From assembly GCA_964632175.1 (NCBI GenBank), contig CAZWBJ010000004.1, positions 1-63,744 on the forward strand: DNA of 63,744 bases, written 5' to 3'. Numbering within the stretch: position 1 is the first letter of the stretch; each line of letters begins with the position of its first letter. The DNA comes from Candidatus Hadarchaeota archaeon. Lineage in GTDB: Archaea > Hadarchaeota > Hadarchaeia > Hadarchaeales > JAWBSP01. The position numbers and the translations under genes are program-made. Under the pieces are notes generated by a model. That model was not told where the DNA came from. It made no database searches and worked only from the letters and a program-made list of their open reading frames with translations. Shown one piece after another: positions 46,694-55,752 of this stretch.

Positions 46694-48869
46694 ACTCCTC
46701 TGGCTTTGGAACTTCCGGCTTCAGTCCCTTCCTCTTCCTAGTCTCCTGAATTACCTCTTTTTCCAGCTCTGGAGGCAGGCGCTCGAACTTTTCAAACTGG
46801 GTGGACCATATGGCTCTCCCCTGCGTCTCCGATCTCATGTCAGTGGCAAGCCCGAAGGAGCTGGCGACCGGGAGGAGGGCAGTGATGATGGTTATGTCTC
46901 CTTCGTTCTCCATGTTCAGAATCTTTCCCCTCCTTCCCTGTATCACCTTCAGGGCCCCGCTCATGAACTCTTGAGGAACCCTCACCTCTAGCCTGAAAAG
47001 AGGCTCCAAGATGACGGGATCCGCCATCAGCAAGCATGCCTGGATGGGTCTCCTCACGGCAGGAATGATCTGGGCTGGTCCCCTGTGCACGGAGTCCTCG
47101 TGGAGCATGGCGAAGTTTATGAGCACCTTGAGGCCCCTGGTGGGTTCCCGCATGATGGGTCCCTCCTCCGCCACTTGAGTGAAGGCCTGGATGATGTAAT
47201 CCTCCACCTCCCTCATGTACTGGGTGCCTTTCGTGACATCCACTATAACGTTGGCCCCAGCGATGGCGAGCACATTCTTGGCTGCATCCGCATCCCACCC
47301 AAGCTCCCTCAAAATTCTTGCCCTCTCCTTCTTGTCTTGGTGCATGCTGATTCTCTTTTCCTCTATGGCCTTGATTACCTCCGGCTCCAAAGGCTCCACC
47401 GAGATCAGGAAGCGGTTATGTTTGTTGGGGGACTTGCCCTCCACGGGACCAGCTGGCTTGGTGGGGCTCTCTCTGTAAACCACCAGCGGTTCGGAATACT
47501 TCACCTCCAGCCCCGCCTTCGCCAGCTTGTACTGGACGATTTCCAAGTGGACTTCCCCCATTCCCGAGATGAGGTACTCCCCCGTCTCCTCGTTGATTTT
47601 CACGCGGAGATTGGGGTCCTCCCTCGCCAGTCTGTTGAGGTGCTCCACGAGTTTTGGGAGGTCCTGGAAATTTTTGGGTTCCACGGCCACGGTCACCACT
47701 GGCTCGCTGATGTATTTCAGCTCCTCGAAGGGATATCCCTCCGCCCCTTCCTCCACCACGGTCTCCCCCACAAAGGCATCCTTCAGCCCGATGAGGGCAG
47801 CAATATTCCCCGCTGGTACCTTGTCCACCGTCACCCTGTCCGGCCCCATGTATATGCAGACCTGCTGGATTCTCGCCTCGCTCTTGGCCCCCAGCAGCCT
47901 GACGCTCTTGCCCTTTTCGAGGGTTCCCGAAAAAAGCCTTCCCGTGGCAATCACCCCCGCCTGCTCGTCCACCACGATATCCGTGACGACCATGCAGACC
48001 TTCCCGTTCGGGTCGCAAGAGATCATCTGCCTTCCCAGCTCGGAGTTTGGATCCCCCTCCCAAATGGTCCGGATCCTCTCCCCCTGCGCCTCCCTAGGGT
48101 TGGGGAGGTGGTTGACAACCATGTCAAGGATTACCTCCCAAACCGGAGAGAGCTTGGCGAGTTCCGCCTGCTGACCGTTTTTTACCATTTCCATGACCTG
48201 TTTGAAGGTTATGCCCTTCTTCTTCATCTGGGTCATGGAGATTCCCCACTTCTGTTTGGCGGAGCCAAACGCCACCGACCCCTCCTCCACGCTCACCTGC
48301 CATTTTTGGGCCAGTTCCTTGGGGGCGTATCTCGCGATGAGCTCATTGAACTTGGTGATGATCTTGGCGAAGCGTTGCTGGATGGCCTCTGGAGTGAGCT
48401 TGAGTTCTGTGATGAGCCTGTCGACCTTGTTTATATAAAGTACGGGCTTGGTGCGCTCCGAGAGGGCCTGCCTCACCACCGTTTCGGTCTGGGGCATCAC
48501 CCCCTCCACCGCATCCACCACCACGACCACCCCGTCGATGGCCCTGAGGGCCCGCGTGACGTCCCCAGTGAAGTCCACGTGGCCAGGCGTGTCTAGGAGG
48601 TTGATCAGGTACTCCTTTCCATCCAAGGTGTGCACCAAGCTCACGGCAGAGGTCTGTATGGTTATCCCCCTCTGCTGCTCTATCTCCTCAAAGTCGGTGA
48701 AGAGCTGCTCCCCGGCTAGCTCGAAGCTTATGATTCCCGAGGCTGCCACCAGCGAGTCGGTTAGGGTGGTCTTCCCGTGGTCGACATGAGCAACTATCCC
48801 AATATTCCTTATGCTGCTTGGATCCTCCATGAGCTTCTGAACTTCCCCTATGTGTTTGTACCTGCGCAT
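46680..48869 (-). CDS. fusA: translation elongation factor 2 (aEF-2)
   Basis: 729 aa. GTPase motifs AHVDHGKTT and DTPGHVDF, and the diphthamide-region HEDSVHRGPAQ. Confidence 0.97.
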   Translation of the reverse strand: MRRYKHIGEVQKLMEDPSSIRNIGIVAHVDHGKTTLTDSLVAASGIISFELAGEQLFTDFEEIEQQRGITIQTSAVSLVHTLDGKEYLINLLDTPGHVDFTGDVTRALRAIDGVVVVVDAVEGVMPQTETVVRQALSERTKPVLYINKVDRLITELKLTPEAIQQRFAKIITKFNELIARYAPKELAQKWQVSVEEGSVAFGSAKQKWGISMTQMKKKGITFKQVMEMVKNGQQAELAKLSPVWEVILDMVVNHLPNPREAQGERIRTIWEGDPNSELGRQMISCDPNGKVCMVVTDIVVDEQAGVIATGRLFSGTLEKGKSVRLLGAKSEARIQQVCIYMGPDRVTVDKVPAGNIAALIGLKDAFVGETVVEEGAEGYPFEELKYISEPVVTVAVEPKNFQDLPKLVEHLNRLAREDPNLRVKINEETGEYLISGMGEVHLEIVQYKLAKAGLEVKYSEPLVVYRESPTKPAGPVEGKSPNKHNRFLISVEPLEPEVIKAIEEKRISMHQDKKERARILRELGWDADAAKNVLAIAGANVIVDVTKGTQYMREVEDYIIQAFTQVAEEGPIMREPTRGLKVLINFAMLHEDSVHRGPAQIIPAVRRPIQACLLMADPVILEPLFRLEVRVPQEFMSGALKVIQGRRGKILNMENEGDITIITALLPVASSFGLATDMRSETQGRAIWSTQFEKFERLPPELEKEVIQETRKRKGLKPEVPKPEEFMEK

Positions 48870-48890
48870 CTCGAGAATTCGCTTCCCTGC

Positions 48891-50078
48891 CTAAAACAGC
48901 CTGCCCGACTCTATGGCCCCCTTCTCCTCCACCGGCGGCGGGAACTCCTCCGGGAATTTCTCCTGCCCGATTCCTATGGTGTTGCCTATACCCGCCACGA
49001 TGACGGTGTCCCCCGGTTTAGTCCTGCTCCTCACGGCCTGCTCCACCAGCTCGACAGCCCGGTCACAGGCCGAGGCCAGCCGGGAGTTCAGCGAGGTGAT
49101 GGCCTCCCTGAAGGACTCCTTGATGATGAGGGCATCGAGGGGTATCTTGTACTTCACCGCCACCTGCTCTATCTTGTACTTCTCCGTGGGTGGCCCCCCT
49201 ATGGCGGCCCCCACTCCCTCTATAACCTCTCCACTTCTCTCCCCTTCGAGCTTGAGGGCAGCGTCTATCATGATGATCCTCGCCGGTCTCCTCCTCTTCA
49301 CCAGCCACTCCACCATCTCTCCAGGTTTTCCCACTCTCCCCCCTGGGCCCCGTGCCTTTATTAGAATTAACTTCCTTCCCTCGAACTCCTTCTCAGCGTA
49401 GACCATCTCTTCTATCCCCTCCTTCCATCTCGCCCCCCGTCCCATCCTAGCCACCACCAGCGGTCCCGCCCCGTCCCCTATGGGCTTGTTCTCAGCAAAA
49501 ACCTTGGTGGCCTCAAGATAGGCCTTCCCGTATTCCCTCAGGAGAGGGGCCTGCATCTGGATGAGCATAGCCAGCTGGTAGCTCTTGGTCTTCTCCGCGA
49601 GCAGGAGGTAATGTCTAACCAGCCGGAAGAGGAAGTTGCTGGCTATCGCCGCCTCCATCACCATTTCAAGGGAAGCGGCTGTCTCTGGATCGGCCTTGGG
49701 GGCAAGGGTGGAGATCATCCCCTCGAACCTCTTCTTCCTAACATCTAGGAGGTGGTCGAGCCTCTGGAGGACTCCCGCCGGATCGTCGGAGACTGGTTCG
49801 ATGGTGAAGAACTCCAAGAAGCTGTCGAAATCCCTTTCAAAATCCCTTTTAGGCCTGCCGTACTTGGAGAGGACGTTTAGCGAAATCCTCCTGCTCTCAT
49901 CCGCCCACTCCTTCAGCCGCTCCAGCGTTTTCGCGGCTTCCCTTATACCTATTCTGGCCTGAAGAGTGAGGAGCTGGGGCGTGAAGAGAATCGAGACAAG
50001 GCTGAAAAGCAAAAGAACCACTATCCACATCAGGATGTTTTCGAAGCCCCACCCACCGGCGAGAATCAGTAGCCACAT
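48891..50078 (-). CDS. membrane-anchored conserved archaeal protein (possibly DUF1512 family)
   Basis: 395 aa with an N-terminal TM and a large soluble domain. The family name comes from memory of the length and architecture only. Confidence 0.5.
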   Translation of the reverse strand: MWLLILAGGWGFENILMWIVVLLLFSLVSILFTPQLLTLQARIGIREAAKTLERLKEWADESRRISLNVLSKYGRPKRDFERDFDSFLEFFTIEPVSDDPAGVLQRLDHLLDVRKKRFEGMISTLAPKADPETAASLEMVMEAAIASNFLFRLVRHYLLLAEKTKSYQLAMLIQMQAPLLREYGKAYLEATKVFAENKPIGDGAGPLVVARMGRGARWKEGIEEMVYAEKEFEGRKLILIKARGPGGRVGKPGEMVEWLVKRRRPARIIMIDAALKLEGERSGEVIEGVGAAIGGPPTEKYKIEQVAVKYKIPLDALIIKESFREAITSLNSRLASACDRAVELVEQAVRSRTKPGDTVIVAGIGNTIGIGQEKFPEEFPPPVEEKGAIESGRLF

Positions 50079-50105
50079 CTAAAAATTTGCGTGCGAAGGT
50101 TAATA

Positions 50106-50193
50106 GCGGGGGTTGCCAAGCCAGGTCAAAGGCGCGAGGTTCAGGACCTCGTCCCGTAGGGGTTCAGGGGTTCAAATCCCCTCCCCCGCACCA
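50106..50193 (+). tRNA. tRNA-Leu (anticodon CAG), long variable arm, CCA encoded
   Basis: Hand-folded: acceptor GCGGGGG/CCCCCGC, anticodon stem CGAGG/CCTCG with loop TTCAGGA, a 14-nt variable arm, T-arm AGGGG-TTCAAAT-CCCCT, discriminator A, then CCA. Confidence 0.9.
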
Positions 50194-50346
50194 TAAAGTC
50201 ATGCTGGTAGTGGACATGGCACCGACTTCCTGGGGTAATTTCTCTTCCAAACCATTGGGAGGATTCTCATAGCGAATGCCCACCTATGTTTGCGTTCCAG
50301 CTCTTCAGGGTTAGAAAAACAGCATTGATGCAAAAAGTCGTATATT

Positions 50347-52203
50347 TTAAAACTTATCGGGGGATATGTACTCCCCGAGGCTCAGGGCGTCCGTCAACCT
50401 CCGTTCCTGCTGGTTCAGTATCTCAAAGACTTCGGGAGGAGCATCTGGAATGCCCTTCCAGAACTCGCGCACGCGCCGCACCTTCTCCAGATTTTCGCGA
50501 ACTCTGAGGGTGAACTGCTTCTCATAATCCTCGCGGCGGTATTCCTTCCCAAGTACACGCTTAAAGAGGTCTTCCAAATCCTCATACTCCGGAATCAGTC
50601 CAGTGGGGATTTTTATGGCACCCACCTCGCCATGAACGCGGAGCTCCATCCACTTCACCCAGACATGTTTGTCCCGCTTGCTGTTCAGGAACTCCCCCGT
50701 TTGGAGATCCTTCAGAAAGTAGTTGACCCCAAAAATCAGGGGCACCTTTTTTAACCTTCGGCCGAACTCTAGGTAGTTTTTGAGGTACTGCCCGAGCGTT
50801 ATGGAGAGAAAGTCCCTCATACTCATGGGATTTATCTCGAACTTGGGCGGTTCGGTAATGGTGAAGGTGGTCTCCGTTTCGAGTCCCGCCCCAAAGGTGA
50901 CAATTCCGTGCTCCCAGCCAAAGCCCTCCTGAACGGGAACACTTGCCCGGTAATCCCTCCCTCCGAACATGATTCCCCCCAGTTCCACCCCTTCGGGGTT
51001 GTTAAGCTCGGGGTCGCAGTTGGGCAGGCGGTCCAGAGCCACGGCATACCTAGCGTTGGGATGGGAGGGTGGGACTTCCTCTCCATCTGGGCCCTTCTTG
51101 CCTTTCCACCACTCGCCCGAGAAGTTCACCCCCTCTGTCGGTAGCTCTCTTCCCATTCCCAGCCAGTAAGGTTTGCCGTCCTTTACGAGGACGTTGCTGA
51201 AGATGATTTCTCCGGGGCTCGTCAAAACTTGGTAGATTATCGGGTCGTCTTCTGGATTGACATCCTGAATTATTCCAAAGATTCCAGATTCCACATTCAC
51301 GGCCCTCGCAACACCCCCCACATTCCTAACGTAAGCTAGGTCGTCGGCTAGAATGGTTTCCCCCGGCAACATGGCAGTGGAAGTCTTTCCGCATCCGCTG
51401 GGGAAAGCGCCAGCCAGATAGGTTTTCCTCCCACCCGGCCCCCGTACTCCCACCACCATGAAGTGCTCAGCTAGCCAGCCTTCCTTGTGGGCTTTGCGCA
51501 CGGCAAGGCGGAGGGCGAGCTTCTTGAAGCCCAAGGAGTTCCCTGCATACTGGGTGTTCACGCTGTAGACCGTGTTCGCTATATAATCAATGTATATGCG
51601 CTTCTTTTCCACTTCCACGCTGTTTTTCCTTCCGTCCAGTCTTCCGGCAGAGTGCAGGGTTTTGAAGAGCTCCCCGGATGTCAGTCCGAGAAAGGTTGAA
51701 TAGCCGGGACGATAAAGGAGGCTGGCCGAGTGTGCGACGTACCAAGAGTCCGTGCACTCCACACAGGGGATGGTGAAGGCGGAGTTGGGGGGACCTAGGA
51801 TGAGAAACCTGACGATCATAGTTTTTCCAGCCATCGAGCCACGGAGGAGACCAAGGATCTCTTTTAGACCTTCTTCCCTTTCCATTTGGTTAAGCGGACC
51901 CAGCGATTCTCCCTTGGGCACCAAAAGCTTAGTAACAGCTCTGTCCCTCCCTTGGTCGTAATATCCGTCGAAGTGAAAGGTATGGCCTGGCGTTAGTAGG
52001 GAGCTCTCTTCCCCACTTGCAAGAGCCATCTGTCGGATATATTCAATCTCTTTCGGAGTGTCGCTGCAGATGAAAACCTGTTCAGGTTCGCAGAGTTCGA
52101 TGCTCTCGGCAACAAATCGGCGGGCCTCGGGATGCGGTATGGCGACAAGTTTCGCGTATTCCTGTCCAGCCATCCTCCGTTTCAGGATTTCCTCCTCGCC
52201 CAT
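50347..52203 (-). CDS. pckG: phosphoenolpyruvate carboxykinase (GTP)
   Basis: 618 aa. The kinase-1a motif FPSGCGKTSTAML, and it is colinear with GTP-PEPCKs. Confidence 0.95.
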   Translation of the reverse strand: MGEEEILKRRMAGQEYAKLVAIPHPEARRFVAESIELCEPEQVFICSDTPKEIEYIRQMALASGEESSLLTPGHTFHFDGYYDQGRDRAVTKLLVPKGESLGPLNQMEREEGLKEILGLLRGSMAGKTMIVRFLILGPPNSAFTIPCVECTDSWYVAHSASLLYRPGYSTFLGLTSGELFKTLHSAGRLDGRKNSVEVEKKRIYIDYIANTVYSVNTQYAGNSLGFKKLALRLAVRKAHKEGWLAEHFMVVGVRGPGGRKTYLAGAFPSGCGKTSTAMLPGETILADDLAYVRNVGGVARAVNVESGIFGIIQDVNPEDDPIIYQVLTSPGEIIFSNVLVKDGKPYWLGMGRELPTEGVNFSGEWWKGKKGPDGEEVPPSHPNARYAVALDRLPNCDPELNNPEGVELGGIMFGGRDYRASVPVQEGFGWEHGIVTFGAGLETETTFTITEPPKFEINPMSMRDFLSITLGQYLKNYLEFGRRLKKVPLIFGVNYFLKDLQTGEFLNSKRDKHVWVKWMELRVHGEVGAIKIPTGLIPEYEDLEDLFKRVLGKEYRREDYEKQFTLRVRENLEKVRRVREFWKGIPDAPPEVFEILNQQERRLTDALSLGEYISPDKF

Positions 52204-52255
52204 TTCTGGACAAAATTTCGAAATTTATTAGATTAACGATTAACAAAATGTTAAG

Positions 52256-52714
52256 ATGGAAGAACTCGATAAGAAAATTTTGCTGGAACTGGTGGAGGAC
52301 AGCAGGAAGCCGATTTACCAGATAGCCAAGAAGGTTGGGGCGAGCAGGCAGACCGTGGCGAGGAGGATTGAAAAGCTTAGGCTCAGGGGAGTGAAGCTCA
52401 CGGTAAGCGTGAACCCTCTGGAGTTCGGTCTCAGGGTGAAGGCGTACATCCTGATGCGGCTGGATCCCAGACCAGAGGTCAGGAAACATTTTGAAAAGAG
52501 GGTTAGGAAGCTACCGCAGATTGCCGAGCTCCACTACCTGCTGGGACCCAAGGATGCGGTGCTGGAGGTATTCGCTGAGAGCAACGAGGAAATCGGAGCC
52601 CTAGTGAAAAAGCTCCACAAACTGCCGGGGGTAAGGGAAACTGAAACTTTTGTGGTTCACAGCACTGTCAAGGAAGAGCGTCCGTTTCTAAAATTCCTGC
52701 ACCGTGAAGGTTGA
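52256..52714 (+). CDS. Lrp/AsnC-family transcriptional regulator
   Basis: 152 aa. LDKKILLELVEDSRKPIYQIAKKVGASRQTVARRIEKL plus a RAM domain. Confidence 0.85.
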   Translation: MEELDKKILLELVEDSRKPIYQIAKKVGASRQTVARRIEKLRLRGVKLTVSVNPLEFGLRVKAYILMRLDPRPEVRKHFEKRVRKLPQIAELHYLLGPKDAVLEVFAESNEEIGALVKKLHKLPGVRETETFVVHSTVKEERPFLKFLHREG

Positions 52715-52822
52715 GTTCCGTGGGTTATTCCGACCGCATGTAGCGCCGGCGAGGTTCTCGATAAGCTCAGGATAGTCAGACCTGAGTCCCGACCGCTGTC
52801 ATCAAGACACGTAGCTCTCCAC

Positions 52823-53722
52823 CTAACCTGCTAGGTAGCGTAGTAAGAGGGCGGCTGAAAGGGGGATGCTCAGGTTATCCACACCTGAGGGGGAGAGAGA
52901 TTCCACCAGGGCAACGCTCCCGGAGACCAGCAAAAGGCTGGGGAGGGAGAGGCGGAAGAGGGCCAGAACGCAGAGGCTCGCGGCGAGGAAGCAGAGTGAT
53001 CCCTCCAAGGTTTTTCGGCGGTGGTATGGCAGCTCGTGGCGCCCAAATCTCCTACCCGCAAGTCCCGCCACTGGATCCGAGACCGAGAGGAGGAGCACCG
53101 AGGGCAGGGCGAATTCCGGTGCCAGGAGGACCGCACAGGCACAGCCCAGCAGGAAGAGGAAGCCCGGCAGGTAGATTCTCCACCTCCCCACCGTTGCCGG
53201 TTCCACCCACTCTCGGGCCACCCCGCTGACCACAGGTTTCGAGAGGGGCCTAGTTCTAGAGTACTCCGCCACAGCTAGGGCAGAAAAGCACAGGGATAGG
53301 AAGAGGAGGGCAGTATCCGTCCCCACCCAGATGAAATAGGCAGCGACCGTCCCCACCGCCGCCTGCCCCACGGCAACGTAGCGGTACTGATACCCGGAGG
53401 GGGGACCGAAGATCTTCCAGAACTGGACGTACTCCCTAGGGAGGGCCCGGTAGCAGACCGGCAGGAGCAGGCAGGCGGTCAGGACTCCCCCGAGGAGCTG
53501 TAGCAGCCTCTCCCGCATCTCGGTAAGAAGCCCCCTAGTTTCTTGGAGGTACAGCTGGGGGCTTAGATGATACAGGGGCAACACGCAAGGAACAGCCAAG
53601 AAGATGGAGAGGAGGATAGCCACCCAGCGCCCCACCCGCTTCCGGAGGAGGTGAAAGAAAACCAGCAGTGCCGCGGCGTAGCAGACCACCGCTAGGCTTG
53701 CTCTTACGGCCGCTTCCATCAC
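52823..53722 (-). CDS. polytopic membrane protein of the CTP-transferase family (dolichol/polyprenol kinase- or CdsA-like)
   Basis: 299 aa. The C-terminal motif SDPVAGLAGRRFGRHELPYHRRKTLEGS resembles the dolichol kinase / cytidylyltransferase signature. Confidence 0.5.
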   Translation of the reverse strand: MMEAAVRASLAVVCYAAALLVFFHLLRKRVGRWVAILLSIFLAVPCVLPLYHLSPQLYLQETRGLLTEMRERLLQLLGGVLTACLLLPVCYRALPREYVQFWKIFGPPSGYQYRYVAVGQAAVGTVAAYFIWVGTDTALLFLSLCFSALAVAEYSRTRPLSKPVVSGVAREWVEPATVGRWRIYLPGFLFLLGCACAVLLAPEFALPSVLLLSVSDPVAGLAGRRFGRHELPYHRRKTLEGSLCFLAASLCVLALFRLSLPSLLLVSGSVALVESLSPSGVDNLSIPLSAALLLRYLAG

Positions 53723-53743
53723 AAGGTCGGTGTCCCGAATTTT

Positions 53744-54994
53744 CTAGGCATGCGCCCCGAATCTCAGGAGGGCAGCCATCCCCCCGAAGGCCTTCCAGAG
53801 TTGCTCTCCCTCATCGGTTTCCCTGGAGATCAGTTCAACCTTCGTTCCGAATCTCTCTGCAACCGAGAAGAGCTCTTGGATTAAATCCTGAGTTTCCACG
53901 ATTTCCAGCTTTTTCTCCCCGCACTTGGGGCAGGTGGAGGAGGAGGTCTTCTTTTCCAGAAAGAGGAGGTCTTCCCCAGTCTCCGAGAATTCCAGCCCAC
54001 ATCCGGTACACTTTACTCTCACCCGGTATTTTCGGAGGGCCTCCGAAACCAGGAGGACGTCCACGGTGCCGTTCTCGAGCGCTCGCCTCACCTCCTCCTC
54101 CCCAGAGAGGGCCAAACCCCTTCCTTTTACCAGTTCGGAGAGGAAGCGCTGGACGACGGCCTTCTCTTTGGTCAGCTCCAGGTTGGTTAGAACCTCCCCA
54201 GCCTTGCTGGCCAGTTCCTTTATCCCGTACTCGTCGGTGTACCCGCAGTCCAGAACCGCCCCTATTTTTTTCCTCAAGGGCTCCTTCAGCATTTCGAGCT
54301 TCAGGAACTCCTCCTTGGTGGGTCCGGGTCCGCCCACTAGGAGGGTCTGGAGATCGGGGATCTGTAAAAAGACCTCGTTTACCTCCTCCGCCAATCTTTT
54401 CAGGTAGTCCTGTTCAGCGATCTCCCTCAGGCGCTCAAACCTCCGTGAGGATTGCCCCCCTTTCGAGTGCTTCCCCGGAACGCCCGAGGTTACCTTCTTC
54501 AGGATTTCCACATGCTTCCCTCGGAGGCTCCCCAAGGTGGCTTCCCTGCGATCCAAGGTGAGGAGACCTATAGTCCCCTTAATCTCCAGCATCTCCTCAA
54601 GGGGGGAGAGGACGAACTCCTGGTCACACCGATACATCCGTACGGTGATGGGCTCCGGGGGCTCAATCCACCACAGCTTAACGTCGACCTCCCCCTCCCT
54701 CTCGCTTACATTCCCGCAGAAGATAGCCAGACCGTGGGGAGGAGGGGTTCTGTGGGTTTCCGCGTAGGTCTTGAGGAACTGAAGAATGCGCTCGAGGGCG
54801 GCCAGGACGTTTTTCCTAGTACTCTTGGACTTTATGTTGGAGGCCGTCCCCTGCTCCTCCCTCAGTTGCTGCATCACCTTGGCCAGCTCAAAGTCCGGCG
54901 GGATGTAAACGGAGATTAGCTCGGTGCCACGCCCTTTCTTGGACTTTAGTTCCTCCAGCAGCCTTCTGAACCGGTACTTCTCGAGGGAATCCAT
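53744..54994 (-). CDS. prf1: peptide chain release factor aRF1
   Basis: 416 aa. NIKS motif (TASNIKSKS), GGQS motif (KHSKGGQSSRRF), and a C-terminal zinc ribbon CTGCG...CPKCG. Confidence 0.96.
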   Translation of the reverse strand: MDSLEKYRFRRLLEELKSKKGRGTELISVYIPPDFELAKVMQQLREEQGTASNIKSKSTRKNVLAALERILQFLKTYAETHRTPPPHGLAIFCGNVSEREGEVDVKLWWIEPPEPITVRMYRCDQEFVLSPLEEMLEIKGTIGLLTLDRREATLGSLRGKHVEILKKVTSGVPGKHSKGGQSSRRFERLREIAEQDYLKRLAEEVNEVFLQIPDLQTLLVGGPGPTKEEFLKLEMLKEPLRKKIGAVLDCGYTDEYGIKELASKAGEVLTNLELTKEKAVVQRFLSELVKGRGLALSGEEEVRRALENGTVDVLLVSEALRKYRVRVKCTGCGLEFSETGEDLLFLEKKTSSSTCPKCGEKKLEIVETQDLIQELFSVAERFGTKVELISRETDEGEQLWKAFGGMAALLRFGAHA

Positions 54995-55017
54995 TATACT
55001 CTAAGCGAGAGAAGCTG

Positions 55018-55689
55018 ATGAGGATAACCCTCTGTTTCGGCGGATCCGTCCTTGTGCCGGATCGCCCCGACGCCAGCACCTTCGCGAAGGCGGCGGAAGT
55101 CATCAGGAGGCTTAGAGAAAAGCACGAGGTCCTAGTGGTCACGGGCGGCGGTGCGGTGGCTAGGGATTATATCGAGAGTGCGGGCAAGCTGGGGGTGGAC
55201 GAGATAGGGCGTCACCAGCTGGGCATACAGGTGACGAGGCTGAATGCGGCCCTCCTTGCTCTTGCCTTAGGGTTGAAGGGACCCGAGGAAGATATGGGTA
55301 GGGCAGTGATGTCCTCCCTCCGCGGAGAGGTGCCCGTGATGGGCGGAACCACACCTGGGCAGACGACCGATGCCGTGGCGGCCGTGCTTGCGCAGATGAG
55401 TCGATCCGATTTGTTGGTGATTTTCTCCGATGTGGATGGGGTCTACACGGCCGACCCTAAACGTGACCCCACGGCGAAAAAGCTGGAGAAGATAAAGGCC
55501 GAGGACCTCGTCAAGCTGGTGGATGTGGCAGTGGTTCCGGGGATGAGAATGATCATAGACCCTATTGCGGCAAGGCTCATCCTACGCAACAAGATAAGAA
55601 CGCTCTTCCTGGGAAAGGAGGAACTGGGGCGCCTGCCTGAGATCGTGGAAGGGGGTAAGCACAGCGGGACGGAAGTGATCTTCGAATAG
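55018..55689 (+). CDS. pyrH: UMP kinase (archaeal type)
   Basis: 223 aa. MRITLCFGGSVL...VVTGGG..AR...TTDAVAA pattern. Confidence 0.9.
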   Translation: MRITLCFGGSVLVPDRPDASTFAKAAEVIRRLREKHEVLVVTGGGAVARDYIESAGKLGVDEIGRHQLGIQVTRLNAALLALALGLKGPEEDMGRAVMSSLRGEVPVMGGTTPGQTTDAVAAVLAQMSRSDLLVIFSDVDGVYTADPKRDPTAKKLEKIKAEDLVKLVDVAVVPGMRMIIDPIAARLILRNKIRTLFLGKEELGRLPEIVEGGKHSGTEVIFE

Positions 55690-55752
55690 CCGACATCCCT
55701 TTGTGGAGTGGAAGGAGACACTGGATATCTTGCTTGGACTGGGCGGAGGATT

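Noticed and set aside
47085-48596. Very long antisense or alternative-frame ORFs. Examples: 503 aa opposite EF-2; 6694..7545 opposite tyrS; 23589..24503 and 25457..26290 opposite atpB/atpA; 53668..54561 opposite aRF1; 13362..14198; 37642..38466; 17245..18024.
   Set aside because: They lie opposite or out of frame to strongly recognisable conserved genes. Their composition is R/P/G/H/S-rich and low-complexity. These are the shadow ORFs expected in GC-rich DNA, where stop codons are rare.
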